This document shows, one piece after another, positions 35,622 through 49,800 of a DNA stretch of 64,000 bases. Each line of letters opens with the position of its first letter. Positions within the stretch are counted from its first letter, which is position 1. Source of the DNA: Catajapyx aquilonaris (lineage: Eukaryota). Location of the stretch: assembly GCA_000934665.2 (NCBI GenBank), contig KZ538683.1:1-64000 (forward strand). The letters are read 5' to 3'. Position numbers and translations under genes: made by a program. Below the pieces are notes generated by a model that saw only the letters and a list, made by a program, of their open reading frames with translations, was not told the DNA's origin and searched no databases.

Positions 35622-38600
35622 GTATGTACTTTTACGCATATCTGTAGCAGCAAGGACGATGCGAGGGTTATGCCATTAAAGTGTCAGGCTTGAATGGCTC
35701 GTAGATTTGTTGTCATTTGCAACTGTTATTTAGTATCCTGGATGTGTGATGCTTCAATGCTTCATAACTTGGGAAATTGGGTTTAATAGTTGTGGCATAT
35801 AGTTCGGGCATATAAATAAAGTGCCATTGATGTTTTAAGTGTTTGGTTAACATAAAAGCTCTTGCTATTAGGTTTACTTTATATAATTTTCCAGGGGTTA
35901 ATTAATTTACTCATTTATATTCGTGTGTCAGAGTCTATTGTTTTTTTGAAGTACCTGGCTCCAGCAGATCAGCAGAATAAATGAAGGCTGGTAAATGTTC
36001 ATTTTAAAGAAAGCACAAGTTTTCTTCAACTGCGCAATAAATTGACTTGAAACTTGACTGCGCATTGTTGCATGTTGAGTGCTGTAGCTATGGTGGTACT
36101 CGAAAACCTGGAACTTCAAGAGCAACCGAAAGTATTCAATAAAAGTAAGTTCCTTTGAAGAAACTGGCAGTTCTTTCCATTTGTGCTGAGTGAAGAAAGC
36201 AAAACATGCAATGCAATGGCTGTCTTTATTTGTTTGACAAGCACCCTGACTCACACCTTGGGTATACTGCCATGATTAGTTGCAAAATGGTAGGTAGTAG
36301 CTAGGATCACCAATTGAACTTGTGATGGTTGAATACCAGGATCCCTTGCCTTGTAGTAGCCTACTACATCATTCAAAATGATTGAGACAATATTGGATTT
36401 TGCTTCGATGCAATGTTGTCAATCTTTTTGAGCAATATTCTAATACATATGAGGAGCATGGTAAAGTGTTTAATCTCACTTACAAAGTCAGTTACAAATG
36501 GTACAACATACCAGACAATTAAAATGTGTTCTTTAGAAACTGAATCAAAAAATTTGTAGTAAGAGCACTCTCTATTCCAGCTGACTGCTGGGGTGCAATC
36601 ATAGCCAATTTCCCATAACAGTAGGAGGTTACGATATTGATACAATCAGTAGTGAATTCTGGAAAATGACTGCAGTAAACATAAGGGGCTGCCGCAGTGC
36701 TACTTTGGCAAGCCAGAGAGGCATCGTAGTCGCCCCCTGAATTGTTCCGTGCTTATTTTAGTTACACAGTGTCTTTCTAGAGGTTAGCTCAGAAGGATAA
36801 GTTCAGAAAAAGGGAGGCTTCTTTAGTGCTCATAAATTATATTTGTGGGCATTCAGGAAGCCATTCTAGTGCACACTTAGGTTTTGAAGCCCACTTGCAA
36901 AGGCATGTTCTGTAAATATTTTGGTGAAGATAAAAGAACAGCTACTTGGCATTAACGCTGGTTTTATTATTCCTACTTGTGGAAATTACATTGATAGAGA
37001 TAAAGCTGGGTGTATCTTCTCGAGTCAATATAAATTTTTTGCTACCTGCCACAAAATTTGCTTCAGATGTGCCTGTCACTTGTGATAACACAGTGTTGAT
37101 TATCACAGAAATTATCGTAACTCTGTGGCCACCACCTGTGCTACTTGAACTCTCTTGCTTGGTGATAGTGTTGTGGAGTTGGCTTGTGTATATAACATGT
37201 CATTTATGTATAGGTAGGAAACTGGGAGTGAAGGCTATGTGGTTTTTGAAGAAAGCAACTGCTTTAACGAATATTAATTTAGTATATGATGTAGAAAGAC
37301 GTGGAGGGATGGAAAAGAAATAACATTTACTTTATAAATTACTTCTTATCAAAATTGTTGTCCCTCTGTGTGTCAAAACTGACCAGAAAATCCCATGATG
37401 TTCAGTGTTAAACCTTGTTTCTCATATCACAAGAAAATATTCAAGTTTCATGCATTAATATAGCCCTAATATGTAACTTGTTTTAGAACATAATAACATT
37501 GACTTGAAAATAAGTGTCAACTAAGAACGCCACTGTGATCATATTTCTACTCGTTTTCACTGTCTATAGTCATTATTGGAAGCTGCTGAATCAACATGCC
37601 TCTCTCCAAACTCAGTTGCGATATGTGATAATGTCTTGTGATTGGATTTCCATCAAAGGGGGATGGAGTCAGCAACATCTAAGAATGTTTGCTAATAGGT
37701 TAGCATTTTAAGGGCCTAATTAATGATGTTGAGTATTTTTCTGTTCTGAGGGATGCAAAAGTATTAGGTTGGTTGTAGTCAATTGGTCGATATACAGGGT
37801 GTTTCAAACTACCTGTACAAGTTGTAATGGGAGGTAGGGAACACCAAGACAAACCTTTTCTTGACCTTTTCTGTCGATGAATTTATGTCTATGTGTTGCC
37901 GTACATTTTCGAAGATTCCCGGTATTTTGCGAATAGTTGCAGCGGCGATAGCGATTCTTGCGACGCGGTCTTTCTCTGAATGAGTGCCATATCATAAGTC
38001 GTAAAATGGGTTACATGCTCTGTGTCGATTTACGAACCCCGACTGCAAACACAGGCCCGATCTCCGTTCCCATTTGGGCTCTCTAGCCAAATGCAGGACC
38101 GCCACACAGCCGCTATTGCCGAAGGATGACGTCAGTGGACATACAGTATATATTCATTGACGAAAAATGTTTCTTTTGATGAATCTGTATACACACACAG
38201 TTTTTTAAACACGATCGATCCCATGCCTGGGTTTTCTTACCATCACAGGTAAATTGGGGTTTCTATGGCTTGTCTTAGGTGGATGTGTGATGCATTCTAT
38301 TGGCGCCATGACGTCAAAACATCTGCAGCAACATTCATATATGAATTTCTTGACACAAATCCCCTCCTTGTGTACCAGCACTCTCGTCTTCTATGCACAG
38401 TAAGGTTAGAGGTGCTGCTTTCCCCCCCAGGCTAAACACTGACTGTGTGGTGAAAGATTAGGGAGATTAGGTTGTTTTCTTTGCTCCTGAAGTACTTTAC
38501 ATATACTGTAGCTAATTTAGAGTTAACACTCCAATTCTGTATTGGCTGTGAAAGATATGGCCTTGGATCCAATATCGACATTAAAATTTATCAGACAATC

Positions 38601-41600
38601 CGGAAATAATATTGAACTGGATTTATAGTTCATACCTAAATTAAGGAGTAAAATTAACTGGTAATTCCAGCATGGTAATAATTTTTTTAATGGTGACATT
38701 TCTGCACGTGCTTGCATTAATTTCCATGCAATTTTACACCATTTAAAAATTTGAATATCAACAGGTTTGGAAATTATTGAAGTTTTTACTATTTTGTTCC
38801 TATGCGACTATTAATGAGCTGAGAGAGAAAAATCAGCGAGAGAATTGAGTACATGTCCATTGTTACATAATACGGCAATGTGCATGAATTGAGAACAGTA
38901 TAGTTGACACGCAGCATTACAGAATGCACTTGCAAATGCAGCTGCCATTTCTAGGCGGAATGAGCCTTTGCCAAATGGTGTGTTGGGGTGTTGGAATCCA
39001 TACAGTGGGTGGCATTCAGGTAGCAGAATGACGGGGAGTTAATTGCAATGTGCAATAATTATCTGAGAGAACAGTGCCTCTGGAGTGTTGACTATCTCCC
39101 TGAGATGGAAAACGGCCCCGGAACATGAAGGGAATCAAGGTGTAAAGTGCAGCACAATAGGTTGCAGGCTTCGCCGGCAGAAATGAAAAGCTGTTAGGTT
39201 AATTGGCTGACCTCTGGGCTTGCCTACGTTGCCTTGCATATACTTAGCTAATTGGGCCCTTCATTTACTCCATTGGCACAGCTTGTTACGGAAGGAAACT
39301 TTGCTTTCGATCGCCCACTCTGATTAAGCTATTGTGAGGTCACCCACACTGAGGCGGCTTTGTGAGAGCTGACCTCCCTAAAATCATCATTTCTGACCCC
39401 GATAGGTCACCGCAGAGTCGTGGTCCAATTATATACACTAGGTTGCCAACAACCTATACTGTTTATTAGACCAAGCCTCAGCCAAGGCTTCTTCACGAAT
39501 TACTCCAAACTTTCACGCCTCCCACCATATAATCATTTTCTATAGGTTCTGAAAGAAATGCAATCAAGTTTTCTCTCAGATGAAGTCCTTTTGCTGACGC
39601 AGACTGGGTAGGGCAGATTTAAGTGAAACCCCTTCAAAATGCTACAATTGATTAGTTGCACACCATCCAAATAGGTGTACCGCAAAGTTTAGTGAATTCG
39701 TGTAAATAGACGTAATATCGCCTATTGCAGAGAATATTGCTTACATTACCACTGATGAAAATCTGGCGGACTCTCATTTTTACTCTCTGTAAATTTTAAA
39801 AGAGACGACGTGACCAAAAATCCATATGTGAATTTATGCTTCTCTTTACATATTAAACAGATTTTTTCTCTGGCCGTCACGGTGCAATTGACGCCGTATG
39901 GAAATGGCTGGGAAATTTTTTAAAAATCTAGATATAATACTTGGAAATAACGACCCCACCCAAATCTAGGTTCCACGAACGAGCCAGAAATCATAACTCA
40001 TGCATATGCATCGTAACCCCGCACAGCAATCTCGTTTCAATTTTAGGAGAATATTACAGGCATCTTCATTTTGTTTAAGAAGAAGAAGAAGAAAAAAAAA
40101 AGGAATGGCCGTCATCTTGAAGAAAATTCTAGGAAATGCAAAACAGCTGCATTCCGCGGGTTGAAAGGATAGGAATTAAGAGGATATCAAGCGAGTAAGG
40201 TTTCACATCAAGAAAATCGACTTAAAAGCCAAGCATCACCTGGTGTCATCATTTTGTGAAAAGCTGTTGTCAAACTTCACGTCTGGTGGAAAATTTGCAC
40301 ACCCAACTTGTTGCATTTAATAATAAAATTTAATTCTGAAAATCTGAAACTTGCGCATTCGGCGCAGTATATTGTATATCATGAAAACAAAGGAGCTCCT
40401 CGGTCGAGTGAGGATTATGTGGTAAAGAGCTCCGGGCAAATCGGGCCAAAGCAACAAACTTGAGGAGCACAAGTGGGCTTATAGGAAATCATTGGCGATT
40501 TAGTTAGGTTAGAGCGGTAGAGGATAGTGTTGTAAACTGAGGGGGAGGGGGGGGGGGAGGGGAGGCTGCCATCCCCCAGCTCCGACGTCGATTTCCAGTG
40601 CGGAGGAGGATCCGGTTTCCATGCCGCACTCCGCAACTTGCCAATATTTTTGCGACCCGGCTGCTTACCCTGGGAAATGAGTAGTGCAGCGAAAATGCAC
40701 CTCCTGATCATTTAGACCGGGTGCACCTTGACCCTTGTGGTAGTTTTGATGTGGGAATAGTACTTCACGGTGCCACGGTGCCACCTGCGCCACCACCGTA
40801 TCGCACGCAAAAAAAAAAAAAAAGATTCTGCGGATTTCCCCCGCCCCCTACATTTTTTTTTTTGTATGTGAGATCGGACCTAGTTGGCGCATCTTTTGAG
40901 TATTCTGGGCATGTGTGTGCACATGCTGTAACTTGAGGGTGGGTAGGTGTGGGGTGACTTGGAGGCAGCAGCAGGGGATTCCCAATCTTGCTTGAAATTC
41001 CGGTGGAATGGCCTTGAATTTTGCAGAAGAATCGCTTTGATAGCTTCCTGCTGCATGCGTTGCCGAACACATACACATGCTTTCGGGAAGGGAAAATAAA
41101 TAAGATGAGGCTGGATTCCCCTATTGGAAGGGAGTGAAGTCATTTTGGCGTGCAGAGTTCGAATATTTGTGTCTATAGCTCTGTATGGATTTATATCCGG
41201 ACTAATGAGCGCATTGTCTGTGCGACTGTATTACACAGTTGTCGCTTAGGAGACGCGGTATCAAACTTCCGTGGAAACAAAAGAAAGGATTTCGGCATTG
41301 ATTTTCCTTTTGCTCAAAGACAAATAAGGATTATTAGGCTTTGCTGAATGTCTTGAGGGCAAGATCCAGGCTGGCCTTGCTGGCTTTGTCGTTGTGCATT
41401 GCAGGACTTTGCAAGACCGGTCCAACGCGTTGCGATACGATTAGCCCGATTTAGGGAATATTTGGCGCTGTTATGTGAGGAGAACAAATAAACGGGCCGC
41501 CTCCGGGCTGCAACGTTGTTTATGTATTTATTTATTTAACGACCCTGGGTACATGCTTATGTAGTCACATTCGAGGCAACATAATTAGATGTGCGTTAGC

Positions 41601-42649
41601 ATCACTGCAGTGTTAAAGAGTTAGCGGCCTTTCCATTTCTACTAGCATGCACTGGGCGTACCGACCAGAACAATATATAACAAAAGTTACTGAAATAGAC
41701 ACATTCCGCATGTGCGGTTCAACACCCCAAACACTCAGAGTATATAGCATTCGAATGGCAGTTGGAAGCGTACATGTCTGATAACCCGATTGCATAAGAG
41801 CGCACTGTAAAAGGTCCGTATTGCAGTATCTAAGCGCATACAAAACGACAATGTTTCAGGCAGGTCGGGAGGGATATCCTCTGCGATCAAGATCAGTTGA
41901 TGGAGCTGAGCCATTAAACTAGAACGGGCGACAGGAGCTACCAACGCGTGTGATTCAGTGTCCCTATATGCGAACCGCAGAGAGATTCGATCGGTGGTTA
42001 TATGATTCGGGCCAATCAAGATTCTCCATGCAGCCAGCCGGATGACGTCACGCTCTTTTCCAATCAGGTGTTAATTTCACCGAGTGGAAATGATTGTATT
42101 GGAGTGACGGCACGCAAGAATCGACGTCCATGTCGAGAGGGGAAAAAAATCGTCTGACCGAGTCACAAATGAAGTGGCGAGCTGGCAGAGCAGTGACGAC
42201 ATCGCCAAGCCAACCTAATTAGCGCCCATTTCGGGCACGAGGACCGTTTGAACTAATGAACGGCACCTATTGCAACGTGACCCACTCGTGTTTCACTTGT
42301 CAGCGGGATTATACCATTGGGGGTGGGACCTGCTGTATAGAGGTAAATGACGTGCCGATGTGTGGTCATTCAATTAAATGACCGGTCCAGACGTTGATCG
42401 GCTCGCACTGTAAATCGGCTTAGAGTAATGATTAGCCAGGCCTGTACCTTGAAAAATGCTTGTCCATCAGCAGGCGAGGTCGTAGGAAGCCATTCCTCTC
42501 CATTACGCCTGCTACCTGCGAATGGTCTCGTAAAAGATGTAGCTGGGAAAGGAGGCTTGCCCGCCGCTTTTGCTCAAGTGGAAGCGATTACAGTCGACCT
42601 GTGCCCTACTTGCTCGTTCTCTCACCACTTCCCTTGTTTCTGATTGCAG

Positions 42650-42727
42650 GACACAGGTACCAGGACTCCAGTGACTCTTAGGGTAGATCCGAATGGCTTC
42701 TTCTTATATTGGACAGACCAGAATAAG
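42650..42727 (+). CDS. Plc21C: Phospholipase C-beta coding exon 2 (PH domain); gene continues beyond the window
   Basis: ttgcag|[32 protein letters not shown], phase 0-0. No exon 3 recognised up to 64000. Confidence 0.93.
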
Positions 42728-45606
42728 GTAAGGAATACGATCATCTTTTTTTATCATTTTTGCATGATTGGGTAGTAATTAGAGGGCAGTGCATGGTGTC
42801 GAAACATTTTACAGGGGGACAGGCGTCAGCCAGCATCGCGGCGTGCGTAGTATGATGCCATACGGCGACCACGTCATCGTTTTGCGTAAATTGCCGGCCA
42901 GCAGCTGTGTTTTTCCTTTCGCGCGAAGACTCGACAAACTTGATTATGAGGAGGAAAAGAGTGACCGCACGATCTATGTAGGGATTGTAGGCGAATTTTT
43001 GAGGTGACTTTGCGGGGGACAGGTCGGGGTGGACGTCCAGAAAGAGAAGAAGCATGTATAGTTTGCGTGGAATTGTGTCCTCCAAAGTGCTTTTCCGTGT
43101 TGGCCCGTTGGGGGGCGCTTGGATTAGTTCCGGTCACTTGGCCAGCGTTCGCTTGACCAACCTTCAGGTTCTCCTTTCCTTGGGAGGGCTTAGACCACAC
43201 TTTTCTTATGCTTGTCACATACTGGGGATGAGAGGACACGACGTGCCCTGCTGAGAAACTTGCTGCATAAACCGATTTTCACTCGGATCTTGGCCGGCGA
43301 TATATAGAAGCAGACGCCTCTGGCAAGTCTGATACCAACCGCCAGCCAGGAGAGAATAAAAATCTTGAACGACTTTTAATCACCCCTCGGGCGTCATGTT
43401 ACTCACGATTCCATTCCGTTGGTATTGTCAAGTTGTTTTTTCGCTCCTTCAGCAAGCCCCCGCATGTATAATGGATGTGCAGAAAGAATTCGAGAGCAGG
43501 GTAGGAAATGTCGCGTTGGGGGAAGGCGGCGCAAATCTGGGTGAAATATTGACGGAAGAGATCAGTGATCGGGCCCTTGGGGTATCTATTTATCCCGTGG
43601 GGAAATTATTTATGAGTTCACAAAGGGAAAGAAAGTGCCTCTAAAGTGTCAGGCAAACGGACGAGGAAAGGAGTCTGAAGCAGCGCACTTTACGGCACAC
43701 TATATGGTCCGAGTTTTTGGGGCTTGAAACAGGTACTAGTTGGAAATGCCGACGACCCTGGGTTTGGCCGGGGAAAAAGAAAACTTGGTTGGGAACCACT
43801 GGTGCAAGCATCCTTGCAAAATCTGAATTAAAGAACGGTTGCTTGCTTAGTATACTTGGCGCTGAATGCGTGAAAATTCGCTGCAGTGGAGTACATAGAA
43901 CAGTAACAAAAGGTGTCCTGCGCTGTATTAATGAAGTGAAATTGGAGTTGAAAGAGTGGGCACCTATTCAATCTCGCATGTGCGAATTACCCTTTAATGA
44001 GTAGAGCTATATGGGGCTATAGGACAAAGATGATAATAGAATGAACCACGCTTGCAATTTTTTTTTTCTTCATAATATTCGCTCGGGGGGGGGGGGGNGC
44101 AGAGTTTTACAAAACAAAAAAAAGAGGATAGAAGCTAGTAAGGCAGTGAATTTGGCGGGTTTTTTTTCACTTTTTATGCCGGGGACCAAATGTGGATGTT
44201 GCGTGGAGCATATTTGCGTCAATATTTTCACGTTTCCAGGTTATATAGCAGGATACATCGCGATGGGAAGAGGGCCTCGTTTGTGTTCGCAGAGCGTAGC
44301 TAACGGACCATTTGGAGTTTTCTTTTTGGGCCGGAAATTGGTGGCCAGGAAAGAAGAAAAAAATCTTGTTGTCACGCGGCGAGAGCTGGATAGTTTTGTG
44401 TAAGGGGATGCCGGAGGATTCCCCCCCCCCCCCTTTTTTTTTTTTTGTNNNNNNNNNNNNNNNNNNNNNNNNNNNNNNNNNNNNCCCCCCCCCCCCTCCC
44501 CCCCCCTATACGGCGTCGCTTAACCGCAAAGGAATCGGATGACCTCCTCTGAAAGCGATTATTGCAGAATTGCTGAAATAGATTGCATCCTTTGCTTTAA
44601 TTTTTGCATCTACCGTAACCAATCGATGGCGTCAAGTTTGAATGCGACAGGCTGTATATGCATGTACAGTATATAACTGCGAGGCAATAATGAAATTGAT
44701 GTATACGCCGTTTATTGGACGTCATATATGAAAGGTCTGCTACTGTCATGGCACGTCACATTTAATATCAGCTTAGCGAATATAAAGTTGAGTGCTAATA
44801 TAAGGGCAGCCAGGGTCGTCCTATACATGAAGCAGCAAGTTGGCATCTGTATTGCTACCATCTAAATTGGCCTGGGGAGTGAGCTGCATTCCTTTTCTTA
44901 GGAGGCAGGGTTCTTCCCCTTTGAGGAATTGTTGGAAAGAGAAGGATTTGTGCCAAGGAAGGAAGGAAGGAAGGAGATGAAGGGACGTCTCTGGCAGCAG
45001 CAGGGGAGCGGGCGGGGGTGGTGGTTGAAGAACACCTTTTATCGGCCGACTTAGGCAAGATTTATTGATTGGGTTCCCAAAGGAGGTTGATGGGCCGCTT
45101 CTCGCCGCCATTCCATACAATTTTGAACAGGCTGCTGCTGCGAGAAGGAGCAGACGCCTCATTCTGTCGTGCTCTTCTTATCGTTCTTTTCTCCTTCAGC
45201 CTGTCCTCAGCACATCCCAAGTCATTGCACGCGGGACAAGTCCCTTAGTTGTTAGAAGCGCTTTCTACAGTTTGAATTGCAAGGGCCTTCGTTGTACCTC
45301 CCAAGGAACGGCAAGTTGGAAACCGCCAAAACCAACTCTTATGTTAAGAAGGAAGGTGGAACTCGGCAGTTTCACCTCACTTGAGTGAGGAGACAGTTAA
45401 CTAACTTGTCACATTACACCGGGCCCGGCTTTTAAAATGCCGGGAAAACAGACTTTGTCAACTTGTCAGTGCCAGAGTGATGCGGCTGCCAAGAACCTGT
45501 TGATTTGCAAATGAGGTCGCACGGAATTGGTTTCAATCGTTCAGATAAAATCGTGACATATGGTTTAAATGGGCTAGTTTGTATTTGGCAATACTAAAAT
45601 TCCTAT

Positions 45607-45680
45607 GCAGTGGTGTAATGGTTATTCGTTACAGCCTTCCACCCGGAAAGTCCCGAGTTCGAAGACTGCTTCCAGTATTT
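45607..45680 (+). mobile_element. tRNA-like SINE head (not an intact tRNA)
   Basis: A-box TGGTGTAATGG and B-box-like GAGTTCGAAG; no proper acceptor stem. Confidence 0.5.
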
Positions 45681-46738
45681 AATTGCATGTATGGGCCGCT
45701 ATGTGTAAAGCGGTTGGAAATTTTATGTTTATTGTTGATGCTTTGGAGTAATTAAAATGGGGTGAATGACTGCTTGTCAGTTTCTTTTGGGAACTAGACC
45801 GAAAGTGACCTAAACGTAAATTAGCACGAAAACGGTCGCGAAAATAGTGACACTGGCAATCGAACCCAGGACCTGAGATGTGGGAATTTGATACCTGCTG
45901 ATTTCCTAGTGTATGTCCCTACTGTTCAGGCAGCATGTGCCTGGCCACGTGTGTGAGCAGTCGGATGCCCAGGTGAGTTCACCTGAGAAGGGTAATTCCC
46001 TGTGTCCCAAGCACGAGGTTGGAGAGAAGCAATGCAGTGTAGTGTAATGCAATGTAGTGGGGGGACTATAGGGCTGGGTGACTTCCTCCAGCTCACCTCA
46101 CAGGAGTAGTTAAATGTTATCGTGATTCAGGTCACAAAACGGCAGTGAAAAGGTCAAGGGACCCCTGCGATTTTTATAAACAACCAAAACCAACTGACTT
46201 TACTTGTCCCCCCACATCACCACCTCTGGAGGTAGTGCGTGGGGTGACGAGTGCTGTGGGAGAGTGGCGGCAAAGAAGTCTGAAAGGCAAAGAGCTTCCT
46301 GAACAGTGGGAACATGGCTTTATACCAGAGTTCCCCATGAATATCGGGTTACTCTTTCACGGCTTTATAATGGTTGCACTTAAGCCCTATTGTGTCATCC
46401 GATTTTGTAGCGTGAGCTATTATACTACTAACTATTATAATAGTATACTGTACATAATTGCATTTTATAACATAATTTGGGTTAATAAAACCGGGCCGTA
46501 TTTTGAAATTTTAATATACAGTAGCTGTGGTAATTGTTTTGCAGACGGGGCTATAACTCTATCGTCTGATTTTTCAAAGATTAGATTTAATCACCAGCTG
46601 TCATTGTTATGGTAAATTGGCTATTTATGCCCACGATAGTGACGTATGTCCTAACTTTTTAAGAAGTCGAGCATAAATTGTGTCCCAAAAGATATGCACC
46701 CATGGCCGCGTTTGATTTAGCAGGTCATGGACGACTAA

Positions 46739-46863
46739 GGGCCGGTTTCACCGAGCTCAGTATATGATAAAACCAGGGTATTTCTCAAAATCCCTATCTA
46801 TTTGTATGGATTTTCCTAAAGAAACCTGGTTTTATCATATACAGAGCTCGGTGAAACCGGCCC
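46739..46863. mobile_element. PIF/Harbinger-type palindromic MITE
   Basis: TAA|GGGCCGGTTTCACCGAGCTC ... GAGCTCGGTGAAACCGGCCC|TAA; related copy at 62806-62930. Confidence 0.88.
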
Positions 46864-49800
46864 TAAAGGTTAGCTTCGTGTGAGTGAGTTATGTTTATTT
46901 TCATGCATTTTATAGGAGCTCAACTGGGACTGCATACCTGTAGTATATAGAGGGGAAGTGTATAAAATGCAGCATTTTCTAGCTGACGCCGAAGGTTATC
47001 AATATGAATTAACGTCAATTCAAATTGCGTTGCGCTTTTTTCGGGACACCCGGTGAGCAGGGAGATGGCCAGTTTTTATTAATAGGACGAGGGAGGGACA
47101 CATATGCATTTAGAGCTGCAATTTAGAGATGTATGAGTGTGAAGCTGCGAGCTCCCTGATGGACGCCCCCGATGGGGCAAGTAGTAATGAAGATTTACGG
47201 GCGTGATTCCCCGAGCGATTCGCACATTGTTGCGCAAATTTTGTTAGATATAGGCGCGATATGGTTTTTTAAGTCCGCGTTTAATTTATTATTTCAAAAG
47301 CATGGGTGACATGTTTTGGAAGCAAACGTTGGCACATTTGCAAAAATTGAGTACAGTCAGCGCCATGATTCTTAGGTTAATTGCCAGGTTCATAATGCTC
47401 TGTTATCGAAATATTGTCGCTAATGGTTTTTTACTCCTCGAAATCGTTTCACCTGCCGTACTAGATTGATTTCCGCGGCCATAGGTTACGTAACTGGGGA
47501 ATAGCGTGTTTGATTTCTTGCAAGCGGAGTGTTTGCAGAACTATTATATCAATATAGGGAGAGAATGTAGGAAAAAAATACTCATTTTGTGCCAGCTTGT
47601 AATAACTTGTAGCGAATCGTGAGAAGGTGTTTCTTTGACTTAACAGTATTTGCAGACTAACGGTAGCGTATTTTATGGGATGAAATTATTTTTTCCCAGA
47701 GTTACGGCAAAGTGGACACATTGCCCTCAGCTGTTCAAATAATATTCAAAAGGCTTACGTGCTGATGGTGATTATTCCTGAGTGGGCTAATTTCAGGCGC
47801 TATTGCATCTACGCACATATGAGTTATTCAACGCCACTTCCAGCAAATGAGTTTGCCCTTGTTTGTTTTTATTTTAATTTTTATGTCACTTTATCCGGTT
47901 GTGCAAATTGTCCTTCAACTAAGATTGGTCAGTTATTTGGTTCTGGTGAAATGAAGGTCACGAGAACTAACCTTTGAGACCTGATCAGAGAAAACTACAG
48001 GTTGCCTGCGTCATGAGTTGTTGACGTCATTTCAAGATGGTTGGGTTTCAGCCGTAATTGAAGAAATTGATATAGGCTACCTATAATTTGTTAAACATAC
48101 GTTTATTCTAGGAGAGAAATTAATAGGCATGATTCTGCCTGTTCTGAGAAAGGTTTGTGGAAAGCCGATCTAAAAACTGATGTTCGAGCTAATATTCAAT
48201 ATTCAGTTTCATTTATTTACATAATTAGTAATAAGCCTTAAAAAGCGAATTCTACATAAGCTGATGCTGTACAGAGAGCGCGCTGCTATCTGTGTACACA
48301 TTATACCATATGTGAGGGCCTTTCGATTGAAATACAGCACGAATAGCAATTTCCTTTCAGAGACCAACATTTGTCATAAATTGTGTCGAAGTGCTGACCG
48401 CGCTTTAAAAATCCAATAAAGCATTGTACGCCTTCCGCATCTGGCTTATTGCAGATGATATGCAATATATTGAGTGGTGGTCTTCAGCTTGCATATAACC
48501 GAGTCTTTCACTGCCAGTTCCTTTCTACATATTCAGTGATGATATGTACTTTCAGGACATAACAGACTTGATTAGCGTCAAATCCAATTACCCGCAGGCA
48601 CTCTCTGCGTCCCGAGTAGCAATATTAGATGTTAGTGACGATGACATCTACTTTCAAAACCTTACGAACAAATCACTAACAAATTGCTGTGTAGGATCCT
48701 GTAATGTTATGTTGGACGTCCAGGTTGTTGTCCCAGGGGACCACTTCTCTTTCTGAAGGCCGAAGCTAGTCTGATTGACGGCCGTGTCTCAGAAGGCCAA
48801 CCAATGCGAGACATCAATTCCGTATATTCTGGCAGAAGGCGATATTGGGAGTCTATACACTGTTTTATTGAATTTTTAAAGCGACGTTGGATCGAGTTAT
48901 TTCTTGCCAAGTATTGGGATGTGAAAAAAAAGTTCAATATTTGCCACTTCGCCATTTGTATACGTGGTATCCGAAGGCATTCGCATAACATAGATGTGGA
49001 GATGCTCCCTCCGCACAAAATTAACCGCAAAGTGCGTTTCTCGGATGATTGCTAATAGCAGGGAAAAATTAGTCAATATTGGATTTTTGCCAAACGCATC
49101 GATTTTTACAGTCGTTTTGCGCGGACCAGGAATCTGTATCATTCGCAAGACCTATAAGCATAAATTTTGAAACAAACGTGCTGCGGCTTACATCTAAACG
49201 CAACGCGTTTTTTTTTTTTTTTTGAGATAACATCACGCAGCAGCTTATCTGATGTCCCATCGAAACAGTTGCACGGCAATCTAATGAGCGTGCATCTGGA
49301 CCAAATTGCAGCAAAACAATGCTATAAAAACCTCCAGCACAAGCAGGAACCTGATGAATGCATTTGAAAATGCGGGTGGAATGACCTGATGTAAAAGAAG
49401 TGTCCACGACCCGCCGTCTAGCCCGTGCCAGGCGCACATTCTTGTACTACATATGCAGTTGAGTCACCACGTACGTACACCAGTACAAGGGCAGGCGGAA
49501 GCTATCGGATGTCGGAATCAAGTCGTCAATGGGGAACATAAGGAGTACCTTATGACCTAATTGTTGACTAACTGACTGCATTTTGCGCATTTGAATCTGG
49601 TGGGAAGCAGGCTTGATTAGAGTTGTGCCAGGAGAGTTGTCGAACACAGGTGGTTAATAAGGGTCCGCGTGCTGCCAGAGCGATTGCGGAGCCACTTGGG
49701 ACCGAGTCAGGTCGGATGTGCCAGGTCTCCTTGTGTGTACACAAAGAAAGAGACACATCGTAAAAGAGGTCTCAATTTCTGCACCGGTCTGTGTACTTTG

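Noticed and set aside
44418..44510. C/T runs around an N gap
   Set aside because: Assembly gap; the sequence here is unreliable.
42741..45388. ORFs of 100-120 aa in PLC intron 2
   Set aside because: No recognisable domain and no phase-consistent exon chain; treated as chance ORFs in GC-richer DNA.
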